DNA of 64,000 bases from Candidatus Acidiferrum sp. (GTDB lineage Bacteria; Acidobacteriota; Terriglobia; Acidiferrales; UBA7541). Position numbers and translations under genes: made by a program. The DNA lies in assembly GCA_035517015.1 (NCBI GenBank), contig DATIZQ010000008.1, positions 4,440 through 68,439 on the forward strand, read 5' to 3'. Shown piece after piece: positions 10,563-20,159 of this stretch. Position 1 is the stretch's first letter. Each line of letters opens with the position of its first letter. The notes under the pieces are model-generated. The model made no database searches. It was not told the origin of the DNA and saw only the letters and a program-made list of their open reading frames with translations.

Positions 10563-10660
10563 GTCGGCTCCTTGGCTTCGTCTACAGTAAGGATGCAATT
10601 CTACCCGTTTCGGTCGCAGCGGGCGAGCACGTTCAAAGTTCTCATTTTGCCGCAGCTGCG

Positions 10661-11932
10661 TCAGCTTGTGTGAGAAAGGTCCGCGCCCTTGGCTTCTTTA
10701 CCGAGGCTCGTGACAACCACAACCAACGCCGCGACGATCAGCACCGTTCCCGCGAGAACCGGCGCGTAGTTCCCCGAACAGCGTCTCTCGGCGAGTTTGG
10801 CCTGAATCACGGCGTTGCGCGAGGCCAGGAGATTTCCGACTTGGTAGGCGAAACCGGGGAATGTGGCGCGCACGGCCGGCGGCGAAAGCTCATTCAAGTG
10901 CGCAGGAATCACTCCCCAGGCCCCCTGAACCATGAATTGCATCAAGAAGCCGCCGAGCATGAACATCCCGGCGCTACGTGAGTACGCCCACAGCGGAACC
11001 GCCGGAAGCGAAAGCAATGCCGCCACGACGATGGCTTTCCGCCGCCCAATTCGTTCAGACCATGTCCCGAAGACGATTCCGCCCAAGAACGCGCCGACGT
11101 TGTAGACCACGCCAATAAGTCCCACTATCTCGGGCGTGAAGCCGTGGTTCTTCTGAAGAAACGTCGGATAGAGATCCTGCGTTCCGTGGCTGAACAGATT
11201 AAAGGCGAACATGAGCAAGGCAAGAAAGATAAAGCTGCCGGAATATTTCAGAATGTCGCGGCCGAGATGAAGCTCCGTTCTTCGATCGACGCGGCCCTGG
11301 ACCCAAGCGGGGGATTCCTTCACCCGTGTCAGGATTAAGAAGATGACGGGGATCGCCGGCAGCGCGCCGAGAACAAACATCCCGCGCCAACCGACAATGT
11401 TAAAGAGCAGGCCATAGGAGAGAGCGGCCAGCAAGTAACCCAGAACGTAACCTTCCTGCAGAAGACCCGAAAAGAAACCGCGCCCCTCGACGGGCAACGT
11501 TTCGAAGGCGAGCGCCGCGCCGACGCCCCATTCGCCTCCCATGGCGACACCGAAGAGCGCTCGGATCACCAGGAATGCGGGGAGCGACGGTGCAAACGCG
11601 GACGCCAGCTCAAAGAACGAATAGCAGATGATGTTTGCGAGCAGAGCGGGCCGGCGGCCAAAGCGGTCCGCAAGCAAGCCAAAAAGGAAAGCGCCAACCG
11701 GACGCATCGCCAGAGTGATGAAGATTGCTTCGGCCACCGCGGAGACTTTGGTGTCGAATTGCGTTGCGAGGGCGCTGACGCAAAAGACGAGAATGAAGAA
11801 ATCAAAGGCGTCGAGAGACCAGCCGAAAAGGCAGGCTAAGAACGTGTTCCGTTGCGGCGGAGTGAGCCGACGAAAGTTCTCAAAGACGCTGAGGCGGCCA
11901 TTGGACTTGGGCGCGGGTGAAGATGTGTTCAT
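10661..11932 (-). CDS. MFS transporter (metabolite:H+ symporter-like)
   Basis: About 12 TM helices and an MFS loop motif, LADRFGRRP. The start at 11932 (MNTSSP...) forms an ATGA overlap with the folP stop. The upstream Arg-rich extension is rejected. Confidence 0.8.
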   Translation of the reverse strand: MNTSSPAPKSNGRLSVFENFRRLTPPQRNTFLACLFGWSLDAFDFFILVFCVSALATQFDTKVSAVAEAIFITLAMRPVGAFLFGLLADRFGRRPALLANIICYSFFELASAFAPSLPAFLVIRALFGVAMGGEWGVGAALAFETLPVEGRGFFSGLLQEGYVLGYLLAALSYGLLFNIVGWRGMFVLGALPAIPVIFLILTRVKESPAWVQGRVDRRTELHLGRDILKYSGSFIFLALLMFAFNLFSHGTQDLYPTFLQKNHGFTPEIVGLIGVVYNVGAFLGGIVFGTWSERIGRRKAIVVAALLSLPAVPLWAYSRSAGMFMLGGFLMQFMVQGAWGVIPAHLNELSPPAVRATFPGFAYQVGNLLASRNAVIQAKLAERRCSGNYAPVLAGTVLIVAALVVVVTSLGKEAKGADLSHTS

Positions 11933-12816
11933 CTCGACCCAGCCCGCTGCGGCAGGATCGATTTCGGATCGAGGATGGCGTCTGCGACGCGCGCCACTTG
12001 CACCATCTCTGCAACATCGTGCACCCGAACAATGTGCGCGCCACCGAGAATACTGGCGGTGACCGTGGCTGCGTTGCCCCACACGCGATCGTTGGCTGGC
12101 ACATTGCCGAGGGCACACCCGAGAAAGCTCTTGCGTGATGTGCCGATGAGCAGGGGAAAACCGAGCCTGGCAAGCTCCGGCAAGCGAGTCAGCAGTTCAT
12201 AGTTCTGCGGGTAGCTCTTGCCGAAGCCGATGCCCGGGTCGAGAACGATCTGCGACTTCGCGACGCCCGCGCGACATGCCACGGCAACAGCTCGGCGCAG
12301 ACCGGAGGTAACGTCGCGAAGAACATCACGGGCGAACGGTCCCTTCTGCATCGTTCGAGGCTCGCCGCGCATATGCATCAGGACCAACGGCAGGCGGCGA
12401 CGTCGCGCAATCTCGGCGATTCGCGGATCGTTGCGAAGCGCGGTGACGTCATTGAGGATTTCAGCACCCGCCTCGGCAGCGGCATCGGCCACTTCCGATT
12501 TCCTAGTATCGATCGAAATGGGGATTTTCAATTTTCCGCGGAGCTGTGCCAGCACCGGAAGGAGCCGGGACAGTTCCTCTTGCGCAGAAATGCCTTGGGA
12601 GCCGGGACGCGTGGATTCGGCACCGATGTCGAGAATGTCCGCACCGTGACGCTCGATTTGATAAGCACGTGCCGCCGCGGCATCGGGGTCGAAATGCAGG
12701 CCACCGTCGGAAAAGCTGTCCGGCGTAATGTTGAGCACGCCCATGACGAGCGTGCGGCTCCCCAGCACGAGCATGCGCGACGGAAGCCGCAGGCAGAATC
12801 TTTTCCGGCGGAGCAT
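11929..12816 (-). CDS. folP: Dihydropteroate synthase
   Basis: VMGVLNITPDSFSDGG, DIGAESTRPG and a pterin-binding fold pattern. The start is uncertain (ATG 12816 or 12774). Confidence 0.9.
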   Translation of the reverse strand: MLRRKRFCLRLPSRMLVLGSRTLVMGVLNITPDSFSDGGLHFDPDAAAARAYQIERHGADILDIGAESTRPGSQGISAQEELSRLLPVLAQLRGKLKIPISIDTRKSEVADAAAEAGAEILNDVTALRNDPRIAEIARRRRLPLVLMHMRGEPRTMQKGPFARDVLRDVTSGLRRAVAVACRAGVAKSQIVLDPGIGFGKSYPQNYELLTRLPELARLGFPLLIGTSRKSFLGCALGNVPANDRVWGNAATVTASILGGAHIVRVHDVAEMVQVARVADAILDPKSILPQRAGSR

Positions 12817-12855
12817 CGCGCACTATTGAATCACGATTCGGCCGTGAGCATAAGC

Positions 12856-14067
12856 CTAATGGGCTGACGCGGGAACGTAATAGGCGGCGCGGTGAGAGAC
12901 GGATACGTTCGGCTGATCGACCATCTGCACGCCAAGGTGATGCCAACCAGCTCTAGCAGGCACGGCAGAATCAGGCTGCGGATAGTAGCCCAGCGTATAT
13001 TCGGCGCGAATCCGCTGCGCGACTTTGCGGAACGTGTCCGCTAGGGTGGGCGCTTCGCGAAGAAAATAGAGCTGGCCCCCCGCTCGACGCACGAGTTCGG
13101 CGAGATAGAGGGTGTAAGTGGGGATTCCGGACTCGCGTGCATCAAGCGTGATGAGCGTCCGTCCGACATGCGATTCAAGCCACGCAGCGGTCATGATCTT
13201 CGGGCGATTCTCCGTGGAGACAGCAAACACCTGAATGTCTTGCGAGGCGAGGACGCGCGAGAGGTCGTCGAACGTCAGCCGATTTGGCGAGGCAGCCGAC
13301 GGAGTGGCGCTTGCGGGATCAAGAGTCAGGCCGAGCCCGCTGTCTTGCCCGTCGGTAAGCAGAACGATAACCTTTCGGCCCGTGCGCCCCGGAAAGAGCT
13401 GCTGCACCGTGAGGTACACGGCTTCGTAGATGTTTGATCCTCCCGTGTCTCCGAACAGCTCGCGAACATTCACGCGTGCGACCGCGCGGCGCATGAGTTC
13501 GCGCACGTCGGAAAATGGCAGCAAGAGATACGCGTGCGCCGCAAAATCGACGACGGCGGCCTGGTCCAGCGGCGCGAGCCCGTCAACGAGCGCGTCGGCA
13601 GCAGTCTTCATATCGTCGGAATCACGAAGCACGCTGGGACTCGCGTCAATCACGATAGCGACGCTTGCAGGCTGGTTCGAAGCGTCGAAATAGGCAATCT
13701 TTTGTTCAGTGCCGTCGTCGAAGAGGCGAAAATCGGCACGCGTGAGGCCGGGCACGGAAGTGCCATCCGGCATCGCCACCGTGCACGTCACCGAAACCAT
13801 TTGCGTTGTGCTGCGGATGGCAGCCGGCGCGGACGCCTCTGAGGCAGCCGTTTGCCCGGATTCGCTCTTGGCTACAACCGTCAGTTCGCCTGTCTCCGGA
13901 TCGCGCTGCCAGACGATTCCTGAATCGAGCACTCGCGGCGTCGGCAATTTCTGCCTCTGGGGATCGTGCGCGCGCGGGAACGCAGGGGCACAAAGCGCCG
14001 AAAGCATCAAGAAAAGAACTGGGATTCTGTTTGCAACGTACCGCTGCGAAGCGCCGTTCGCTCGCAT
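12856..14067 (-). CDS. Secreted VWA (von Willebrand factor A) domain protein
   Basis: Signal peptide MRANGASQRYVANRIPVLFLMLSALCAPAFP. A VWA-like core follows (VAIVIDASPS ... VIVLLTDGQDSG). The start is set at ATG 14067. Confidence 0.7.
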   Translation of the reverse strand: MRANGASQRYVANRIPVLFLMLSALCAPAFPRAHDPQRQKLPTPRVLDSGIVWQRDPETGELTVVAKSESGQTAASEASAPAAIRSTTQMVSVTCTVAMPDGTSVPGLTRADFRLFDDGTEQKIAYFDASNQPASVAIVIDASPSVLRDSDDMKTAADALVDGLAPLDQAAVVDFAAHAYLLLPFSDVRELMRRAVARVNVRELFGDTGGSNIYEAVYLTVQQLFPGRTGRKVIVLLTDGQDSGLGLTLDPASATPSAASPNRLTFDDLSRVLASQDIQVFAVSTENRPKIMTAAWLESHVGRTLITLDARESGIPTYTLYLAELVRRAGGQLYFLREAPTLADTFRKVAQRIRAEYTLGYYPQPDSAVPARAGWHHLGVQMVDQPNVSVSHRAAYYVPASAH

Positions 14068-14074
14068 GGCAGTT

Positions 14075-14383
14075 TCAATCGAGATCGAAATCGCGGAGCG
14101 GCTTCTCGATCGGCGCGTCCTTCGCCTTCTTGAGGCCCTCGGCAAATTTTCGCGCCAGGACATCTTCCTTGGTTCGCTCGGCCTCGACGGAAGCGCGAAA
14201 CTTTGCCTCGACGGCGTCCGCCTGCTCGCGAAGATGGCGCGCAGTGTCATCGAGATCGACTGAAGGAGGCGGCTTCGGCGGCGGGACATGAGACAGCACG
14301 ACGCCAAGCCCTCGGTCGACGGTCAGCTTCGCATGGCAGCACGGGCAGTCGAGTTCAAAGGTGTCCGCCGGTTTGTTTGCCAT
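14075..14383 (-). CDS. Small zinc-ribbon-like protein with a coiled-coil tail (hypothetical)
   Basis: 102 aa with N-terminal CPCCHAKL, followed by a Pro-rich linker and a charged helix. It sits 8 nt upstream of the VWA gene on the same strand. Confidence 0.5.
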   Translation of the reverse strand: MANKPADTFELDCPCCHAKLTVDRGLGVVLSHVPPPKPPPSVDLDDTARHLREQADAVEAKFRASVEAERTKEDVLARKFAEGLKKAKDAPIEKPLRDFDLD

Positions 14384-14534
14384 GCCGCTATTCTACGACA
14401 AATCGGAGTAAGTTGGACTGACGGAGAATCTGAACGCGAGCGCTGGCAGTCTCTGAGTTCGACCGATTTGAGACTACCGCCTAACAGCATCGAACACGAT
14501 TGATGCGACGATCCCGTTGCGAATTCCGCCGTTG

Positions 14535-16472
14535 CTATGCTGGGGCGGGCTTTTCGCCTTTGGCGAGGCCGGGGATTGGCCGCGGCTCGGGCCGCAACGT
14601 GAGCTGCGGCTCCTTGCTTGGCACGGGCGAGGCCGGCGGAGGCGGCAGCGGCTTCTCCGGCAGTGGCTTGCCGTCCATCAGGAGCTTGAGCTCGGTGGCG
14701 TCGAGGACCTCCCGGTCGAGGAGAGCCTGTGCGACGCGCTCAAGAGCCTCGCGGTTGGTCTCGAGAATGTTGCGGGCGCGCGAATAGCCCATGTTGACGA
14801 TAGCGCGAACTTCCCCGTCGATCTTGATCGCGGTGTCCTCCGAATAATCTCGGTGCTGCGCGATCTCGCGGCCCAGGAAGATCGCCTCTTCCTTCTTGCC
14901 GAACGTCAGCGGCCCGAGCGGGCTCATGCCCCACTCGCAAACCATCTGCCGTGCGATTTCGGTGGCCCGCTCGATATCGTTGCCGGCGCCGGTCGTAATG
15001 TGATGGAGGAATATTTCCTCGGCGGCCCGGCCGCCCATCAAAACGGCAAGCTGTGATTCGAGAAATTCCTTCGTGTACGTGTGTTTGTCGTCGATCGGCA
15101 GTTGCATCGTGACGCCCAGCGCCATTCCGCGTGGAATGATCGTCACTTTGTGCAGCGGATCGGCTCCCGGCGTCATAGCGGCCACAAGTGCGTGGCCCGC
15201 TTCATGATAGGCGGTATTGCGTTTTTCCTCGTCCGACAGGATCATCGACTTGCGCTCGACGCCCATCAGGACTTTGTCCTTGGACATCTCGAAATCGGCC
15301 ATCGTAACGAATTTTCGGTTCTGCCGCGCCGCCCAGAGCGCCGATTCGTTCACGAGGTTTGCCACGTCCGCACCCGAGAATCCCGGCGTGCCGCGGGCAA
15401 TCACCGAGAGATCGACGTCGTCTGCAAGAGGAACCTTCCGGGTGTGCACCCGAAGAATTTCTTCGCGCCCTTTGACGTCCGGCCGCGGAACCACGACTCG
15501 CCGGTCGAATCGGCCCGGCCGGAGCAAAGCAGGATCGAGCACGTCCGGGCGGTTGGTCGCCGCAATCAGGATTACGCCTTCGTTCGATTCAAAGCCGTCC
15601 ATTTCGACGAGCAGCGCGTTCAGCGTTTGCTCGCGCTCGTCGTGACCGCCGCCGAGGCCGGCGCCACGATGGCGCCCGACGGCGTCAATTTCGTCGATGA
15701 AGATGATGCAGGGCGCATTCTTCTTGCCCTGTTCGAAGAGGTCGCGCACCCGGCTCGCGCCGACGCCCACGAACATCTCCACAAAATCCGAGCCGGAGAT
15801 CGAGAAGAACGGAACGTTCGCCTCCCCTGCAATCGCGCGAGCGAGCAGGGTCTTGCCCGTTCCCGGAGGACCGACCAGAAGAACGCCCTTCGGAATTCGG
15901 CCGCCCAGTTTCTGGAACTTTTGCGGATCTTTCAAAAAGTCGATGATTTCGTACAGCTCTTCCTTGGCCTCGTCAATGCCCGCGACATCCTTGAAGGTCG
16001 CTTTCTTTTGCTGGGCGGTCAGAAGCCGCGCGCGCGATTTGCCGAAGCTCAGCGCCTTATTTCCGCCGGCCTGCATTTGCTTCATCATGAAGATCCAGAA
16101 CGCAACGAGCAGGATCAGCGGAGCGAAATTGATCATGAAGCTGATCCAGTTGGCGTCCTTCACTTCCTTGTAGTTGTAGATGATGTGCTGGTCTTGGAGG
16201 GCTTTCGTGAGATCCGGAATCGCGGTGTTCGCGACCGTAACGCCGCGGAACTTGGCACCAGAACTGTAATCGCCCTGCAGTTCGGCGCTGTTCTGGGAGA
16301 GAAAGATCGTAACATCCTTGACCTGGCCCGCGTGGACCTTGTCCAGGAAACTCGTGTACTGCGGCTCATCGTCATGCGCGGACTGGCCGCCTGTGGAGGC
16401 CATCCTCCACAACACGACTGCGAGCAAAATCATTAAGAGCCAGAATAAAATTGTACGTACTGTCGAGTTCAC
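14535..16472 (-). CDS. ftsH: ATP-dependent zinc metalloprotease FtsH
   Basis: Two TM segments, AAA+ Walker A GPPGTGKT, Walker B IIFIDEID and the zinc motif HEAGHAL. Confidence 0.95.
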   Translation of the reverse strand: MNSTVRTILFWLLMILLAVVLWRMASTGGQSAHDDEPQYTSFLDKVHAGQVKDVTIFLSQNSAELQGDYSSGAKFRGVTVANTAIPDLTKALQDQHIIYNYKEVKDANWISFMINFAPLILLVAFWIFMMKQMQAGGNKALSFGKSRARLLTAQQKKATFKDVAGIDEAKEELYEIIDFLKDPQKFQKLGGRIPKGVLLVGPPGTGKTLLARAIAGEANVPFFSISGSDFVEMFVGVGASRVRDLFEQGKKNAPCIIFIDEIDAVGRHRGAGLGGGHDEREQTLNALLVEMDGFESNEGVILIAATNRPDVLDPALLRPGRFDRRVVVPRPDVKGREEILRVHTRKVPLADDVDLSVIARGTPGFSGADVANLVNESALWAARQNRKFVTMADFEMSKDKVLMGVERKSMILSDEEKRNTAYHEAGHALVAAMTPGADPLHKVTIIPRGMALGVTMQLPIDDKHTYTKEFLESQLAVLMGGRAAEEIFLHHITTGAGNDIERATEIARQMVCEWGMSPLGPLTFGKKEEAIFLGREIAQHRDYSEDTAIKIDGEVRAIVNMGYSRARNILETNREALERVAQALLDREVLDATELKLLMDGKPLPEKPLPPPPASPVPSKEPQLTLRPEPRPIPGLAKGEKPAPA

Positions 16473-16603
16473 CGTGTTACCTCACCCCTCAGGATCCGCA
16501 ACGTCCCAGTGCATCCTGAACCTTCAGCGTCCACTTACTTAGATGCCGTTGCCACGCTTTATATTCAGCTGGCTCAAGCATTGTCAGCTGCTAAGAAATG
16601 CCG

Positions 16604-18079
16604 CTACAGCAGATTCTCCTCGATCACCAGCCCGACGCGAGTGCCTTCGCGGGCGCAAAACGCTTTGGCAGCAGGCATTCCGCGCGCCCAAACCACGGAA
16701 CCCGCACTCTCCAGAACCGGCCACTCGCTCCTCCGGCACTTGGGAACACGCGCGGCCAGGAACATTTGCTTCAGCTTGCGAGCCTGGCGTCGGCCGCAGG
16801 GCGTGTACGCGTCGCCCGGTCGCCAGTTCCTCAAGATCAACGGCGCGCGGAGTGAATGGGCATCAAGAATCTGGTCGCTTTCAGTTTCCCTCTCCGCACC
16901 AGCCCAGTCAATCAATTTCAAGCTGAAGCGGCTGCCGAGTTCCGGAACGGAAACAGTCGACGAACCGGCGCTCGGTAGTGTCACAACATAGTGATACGCA
17001 GCCGGTTGCGAAACAGTTTCCCGGGCGCTGTCGGCTCCAAAAACTAGATCATTGAAACGGCGTTCCACCAGGATCCCGCCCGGTAGCTCGACCTTGCGCC
17101 CGCTCCCGGACTTGCTCGCTAGACGAATCACCTGTTCGACATGATCAGAGCCGAGCTCGCGGCGGTCCCCTCGCACCTCTTCATAGAGACGGCGAATCAG
17201 GCGTTCGGTGAGCGCTCGCTGCGGGGAGCTGGCGCGACCCATGCTTTCTTCTGTGGCCTTCGTTACGCCTCCGGAATGCACAAGGGGCTCGACAAGCTCG
17301 CGGATCGAGACTGCAAGTGTGCCGTCCTTCGCTTTCACACAGGCCCGAAGGCGGTCTTCGACCAGCGTCGACCAAAAGACATCCTCTTCGCGTGCTAGCC
17401 GGGCGAGGTCGCACAGGTGGTCTACGATGCCCGGTGAGAAATCGCGCTCGAGCACCGGCAGAAGGTTGGTCCGCACGCGCGCCCGCATTCGGCTCACGTC
17501 AGCATTCGAAGAGTCTTCGCACCACGGCTGCCTCAGATCCGTGAGGTACTCCCTCAGCGCCCATCGCCGAACCGATAACAGTGGCCGCACAATTGCGCCC
17601 GCAATCGGATAGATGCCGGCGAGTCCCGTCGGGCCCGTACCGCGAATTAGGTGAGCAAGCACAGTCTCGGCTTGATCGTCAGCGGTATGGGCAACGGCGA
17701 CGCGAGTTGCGCGGCCCTCGTCGACGAGGCCCCGGAAAAACCCGTAGCGCAACCGCCGCGCCCCGTCTTCCAGGTTCCAGCCGTTCCGCTGCGCTTCGGC
17801 GGCGACATCCTCGCAGTCGAGAGTCAGTTCCAAACCGCGCGCCCGTGCCAGATCGAGGACAAACCGAGCGTCCCGTTCGGACTCCTCGCCACGCAGCTGG
17901 TGGTTGAAATGAGCTACCGACAACGTGATTCCGAGTTCTGCGTGAACATTTTCAAGGATCCGCAAGAGCGCAACGGAATCCGCCCCGCCCGAAACAGCGA
18001 CCGCAACACGATCGCCCGGCACAAACACGCGCGCATCACGAATGTATCGGAGTACGATTTGTTCGAGTGGTCTTCGCAT
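16604..18079 (-). CDS. tilS: tRNA(Ile)-lysidine synthase
   Basis: PP-loop VAVSGGADSVALL at the N-terminus. Length and C-terminal domain are typical of long TilS, and it lies upstream of ftsH as in many bacteria. Confidence 0.9.
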   Translation of the reverse strand: MRRPLEQIVLRYIRDARVFVPGDRVAVAVSGGADSVALLRILENVHAELGITLSVAHFNHQLRGEESERDARFVLDLARARGLELTLDCEDVAAEAQRNGWNLEDGARRLRYGFFRGLVDEGRATRVAVAHTADDQAETVLAHLIRGTGPTGLAGIYPIAGAIVRPLLSVRRWALREYLTDLRQPWCEDSSNADVSRMRARVRTNLLPVLERDFSPGIVDHLCDLARLAREEDVFWSTLVEDRLRACVKAKDGTLAVSIRELVEPLVHSGGVTKATEESMGRASSPQRALTERLIRRLYEEVRGDRRELGSDHVEQVIRLASKSGSGRKVELPGGILVERRFNDLVFGADSARETVSQPAAYHYVVTLPSAGSSTVSVPELGSRFSLKLIDWAGAERETESDQILDAHSLRAPLILRNWRPGDAYTPCGRRQARKLKQMFLAARVPKCRRSEWPVLESAGSVVWARGMPAAKAFCAREGTRVGLVIEENLL

Positions 18080-18169
18080 GACCGCAAATCCATCCGCGAA
18101 GCGGATGAACTTATGGTAACAGCAAGGGCCGGAAGGAGGCGAGCGACACCTCAGTCGCGATGCAGCCGA

Positions 18170-18580
18170 CTAGAGGCAGTCCGTGACCTGCTGCGTGAAA
18201 AGGTCTCGACTGTAAGAAATTCTGCGGTCAAGCGCCACCGCGGCGAAATACGAGCAGCTCTGCCGCTCGTTTTCCGTCCAGGCAGCAACGCTCGGAACGA
18301 TGGGGCGGCTCATTCGGCCCACCACGTCAAGCAAGCCGTAATAGGCACCAACGACGCGGATCTCCTTGTGGTCATCCCCGCGCTCGGGACACAAGCGGAC
18401 GAGCTGAAGGAGCCGCGCGAAGTCGTCGGCCGCGAGATTTTGGCTGGCAAGACCGACAACTTCACGAACGCGATCCGAAAGCTCAACCCTCCGGCTGTAC
18501 GCCAGGATGGAGCGGCAATGCAGGACAAAGAACTGAAGCAAGGCCGCAAACGAGATTACGAAAATAAGCGCTGCGATCAT
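18170..18580 (-). CDS. Hypothetical protein with an N-terminal TM helix
   Basis: 136 aa. Its start overlaps the stop of the upstream membrane-protein gene (ATGA at 18577-18580). I recognise no motif. Confidence 0.45.
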   Translation of the reverse strand: MIAALIFVISFAALLQFFVLHCRSILAYSRRVELSDRVREVVGLASQNLAADDFARLLQLVRLCPERGDDHKEIRVVGAYYGLLDVVGRMSRPIVPSVAAWTENERQSCSYFAAVALDRRISYSRDLFTQQVTDCL

Positions 18581-19281
18581 CGGGCTCTCGCCAACAGACT
18601 GGCCGTTGCCAGCCTGGAGTCCTCCGGAACCTTAGTGAACGTGTACGCCCAGGCTAGCGGAAGCCACAGGCCCACGATCGGGAACAGGAATCGCAAGAGA
18701 GGCATGTACAAGTGCGGGAACAGATTGCCGATCGCATAGGTGCCCGCTGTACCGCTGAAATAGACGCCCAGCGCAAGCACGAGTTGAACCAGCCTGGTGC
18801 GCGTTTCTCGGAGCTTGAGGATAGCGCCCCACAGGAGATACGTCAGCACAACGCCAACGAAATACAGGTTCTGCCCCATTGCGACAACAAACCGTGATGT
18901 CAGATGATTGCGGTTTTGATGGACGACGCCGTACGAGAAAAAGGCAGTCGCAAGCAGCAGCAAAACGGCGGCCTTGCGGACGTAGCTGCTCGCTTTCAGT
19001 TCGCTAAAGACCTGCTGATAAAAGCTGATGATCACCCAGAACATCAGGATCGTCAGCAGACTGTCCGTGTAATAGTAGTAGTACGCGTAGGTGCTGGAAC
19101 TGGTTCCGTATCGCTGTGTGCACAGGAAGAGACCAAACGTAACTGCCGCCTCGCATAACATGTAGAAATTAATAGCGATATTGCTAAAGAAGCTCTTCTT
19201 GAAGAGTGTGCACACCACCACGTAGATTTCCACGAGGAAACCTGCAAGAGCCATTACGTTGAAGAATGAGCCAAGCATCAA
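18577..19281 (-). CDS. Polytopic membrane protein (about 6-7 TM), unknown function
   Basis: 234 aa with alternating hydrophobic segments and aromatic-rich loops (YAYYYYYTD). I recognise no family. Confidence 0.6.
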   Translation of the reverse strand: MMLGSFFNVMALAGFLVEIYVVVCTLFKKSFFSNIAINFYMLCEAAVTFGLFLCTQRYGTSSSTYAYYYYYTDSLLTILMFWVIISFYQQVFSELKASSYVRKAAVLLLLATAFFSYGVVHQNRNHLTSRFVVAMGQNLYFVGVVLTYLLWGAILKLRETRTRLVQLVLALGVYFSGTAGTYAIGNLFPHLYMPLLRFLFPIVGLWLPLAWAYTFTKVPEDSRLATASLLARAR

Positions 19282-19333
19282 TTCGTTCAGGCCTGGCCCT
19301 AGCCGATGGGCTGTTCCTCAGCCCATCCTCAAC

Positions 19334-19546
19334 CTAGTTCCACGGCACCGAAGGCGGTGGTGCCGTCGTGTTGTTCCACGGAACACTCGGCGGCGGTGCC
19401 GTCGTGTTATTCCACGGAACGCTAGGCGGTGGCGCCGTCGTGTTGGCCAACATCACGGTCGACGAATCTGAAGAAATTGCCTTCAGGCCCATCGCCGCGG
19501 TCAACACGGACAGAGCCAACACTACCAACATCAACCACTTACTCAT
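19334..19546 (-). CDS. Small secreted protein with three identical NTTAPPPSVPWN repeats
   Basis: 70 aa. The signal-like N-terminus is MSKWLMLVVLALSVLTAAMG. Three 12-aa repeats are identical in peptide but differ by synonymous substitutions in DNA, which supports real coding. Confidence 0.65.
   Translation of the reverse strand: MSKWLMLVVLALSVLTAAMGLKAISSDSSTVMLANTTAPPPSVPWNNTTAPPPSVPWNNTTAPPPSVPWN
19337..19444 (-). repeat. 3 x 36-bp tandem repeat inside the small secreted-protein gene
   Basis: Units are at 19337-19372, 19373-19408 and 19409-19444. Each translates on the minus strand to NTTAPPPSVPWN. Confidence 0.9.
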
Positions 19547-19806
19547 CTAGCTCCTCCGAGTAGGGAAACTACGCGGCGGAGTCTATAAGTGGTTGAATGC
19601 CGTCAAGAGGGAAATTTTAGGGGTGTGTGTCCAAACGGTACACACCCGCCCTCTTGGCTAGGCCAATGCCTGCTCCAAGTTCTGCGGGTGCAAAGTAACC
19701 TTCCGGAGTGATGCGGGTCAATGTTACGAAGGTACTACCCGCCAGGGCGGTTTCCAACCCGTCGCGAGTGGGATCTCAAGGGGTTAGAACCCGTTACGGT
19801 CGCTGC

Positions 19807-19836
19807 TTGACACTTTGCGCAGGGAAACCGTAGCAT
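19807..19836 (+). promoter_or_regulatory. Possible sigma70-type promoter for tRNA(CAU)
   Basis: TTGACA (19807-19812), an 18-nt spacer, then TAGCAT (19831-19836), about 17 nt upstream of the tRNA 5' end. Confidence 0.3.
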
Positions 19837-19852
19837 CGAAAATTGCTCGCGT

Positions 19853-19927
19853 GCCGGTGTAGCTCAGAGGTAGAGCGAGGGTCTCATAATCCCTAGGTCG
19901 TGGGTTCGAGTCCCACCGCCGGCACCA
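19853..19927 (+). tRNA. tRNA with CAU anticodon (elongator tRNA-Met, or tRNA-Ile2 if lysidinylated)
   Basis: 75-nt cloverleaf. Acceptor is GCCGGTG/CGCCGGC with a G1-C72 pair, so it is not an initiator. D-arm is GCTC..GAGC, the anticodon loop is CTCATAA, T-arm is GTGGG-TTCGAGT-CCCAC, and CCA is encoded. Confidence 0.85.
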
Positions 19928-20159
19928 TCTCTATTTTCCCGCAGTTGCGTGCCGCGTCCGCGCCGCACGCGTCCGACGCCCCTTTGCTGTCTCGACGTTC
20001 CTTGGAACTGCTTCTGACGGGCGTGGGCACCGCCCGCAGGCCGATAAAGACGCCTCGGCTGTCGCCTGGAAGTGGTAGCATACCGTCCCGAACGTTCCAT
20101 ATCAGAGCTACAAACTGGCGAATTAACGAGGTTTGCAGGGCTTGCATCCTAAGCTTCTG

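Noticed and set aside
10563-14307. Long N-terminal extensions in ORF-track entries for tkt (to 10598), MFS (to 12118) and VWA (to 14307)
   Set aside because: The extensions are Arg/Ser-rich, overlap upstream genes, and precede better internal starts (an SD for tkt, an ATGA coupling for the MFS gene, and a signal peptide for the VWA protein).
15081-16436. 451-aa ORF on the plus strand
   Set aside because: It is antisense to ftsH, whose identity is unambiguous.
17651-18739. 362-aa plus-strand ORF spanning tilS and the hypothetical genes
   Set aside because: It is antisense to tilS for half its length. The minus-strand ORFs show membrane-protein features and coupled stop/start codons.
19660-19800. 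Possible tRNA remnant (GGGGTTAGAACCC resembles a T-arm)
   Set aside because: Only a short T-arm-like match exists. No acceptor or anticodon arms can be drawn.
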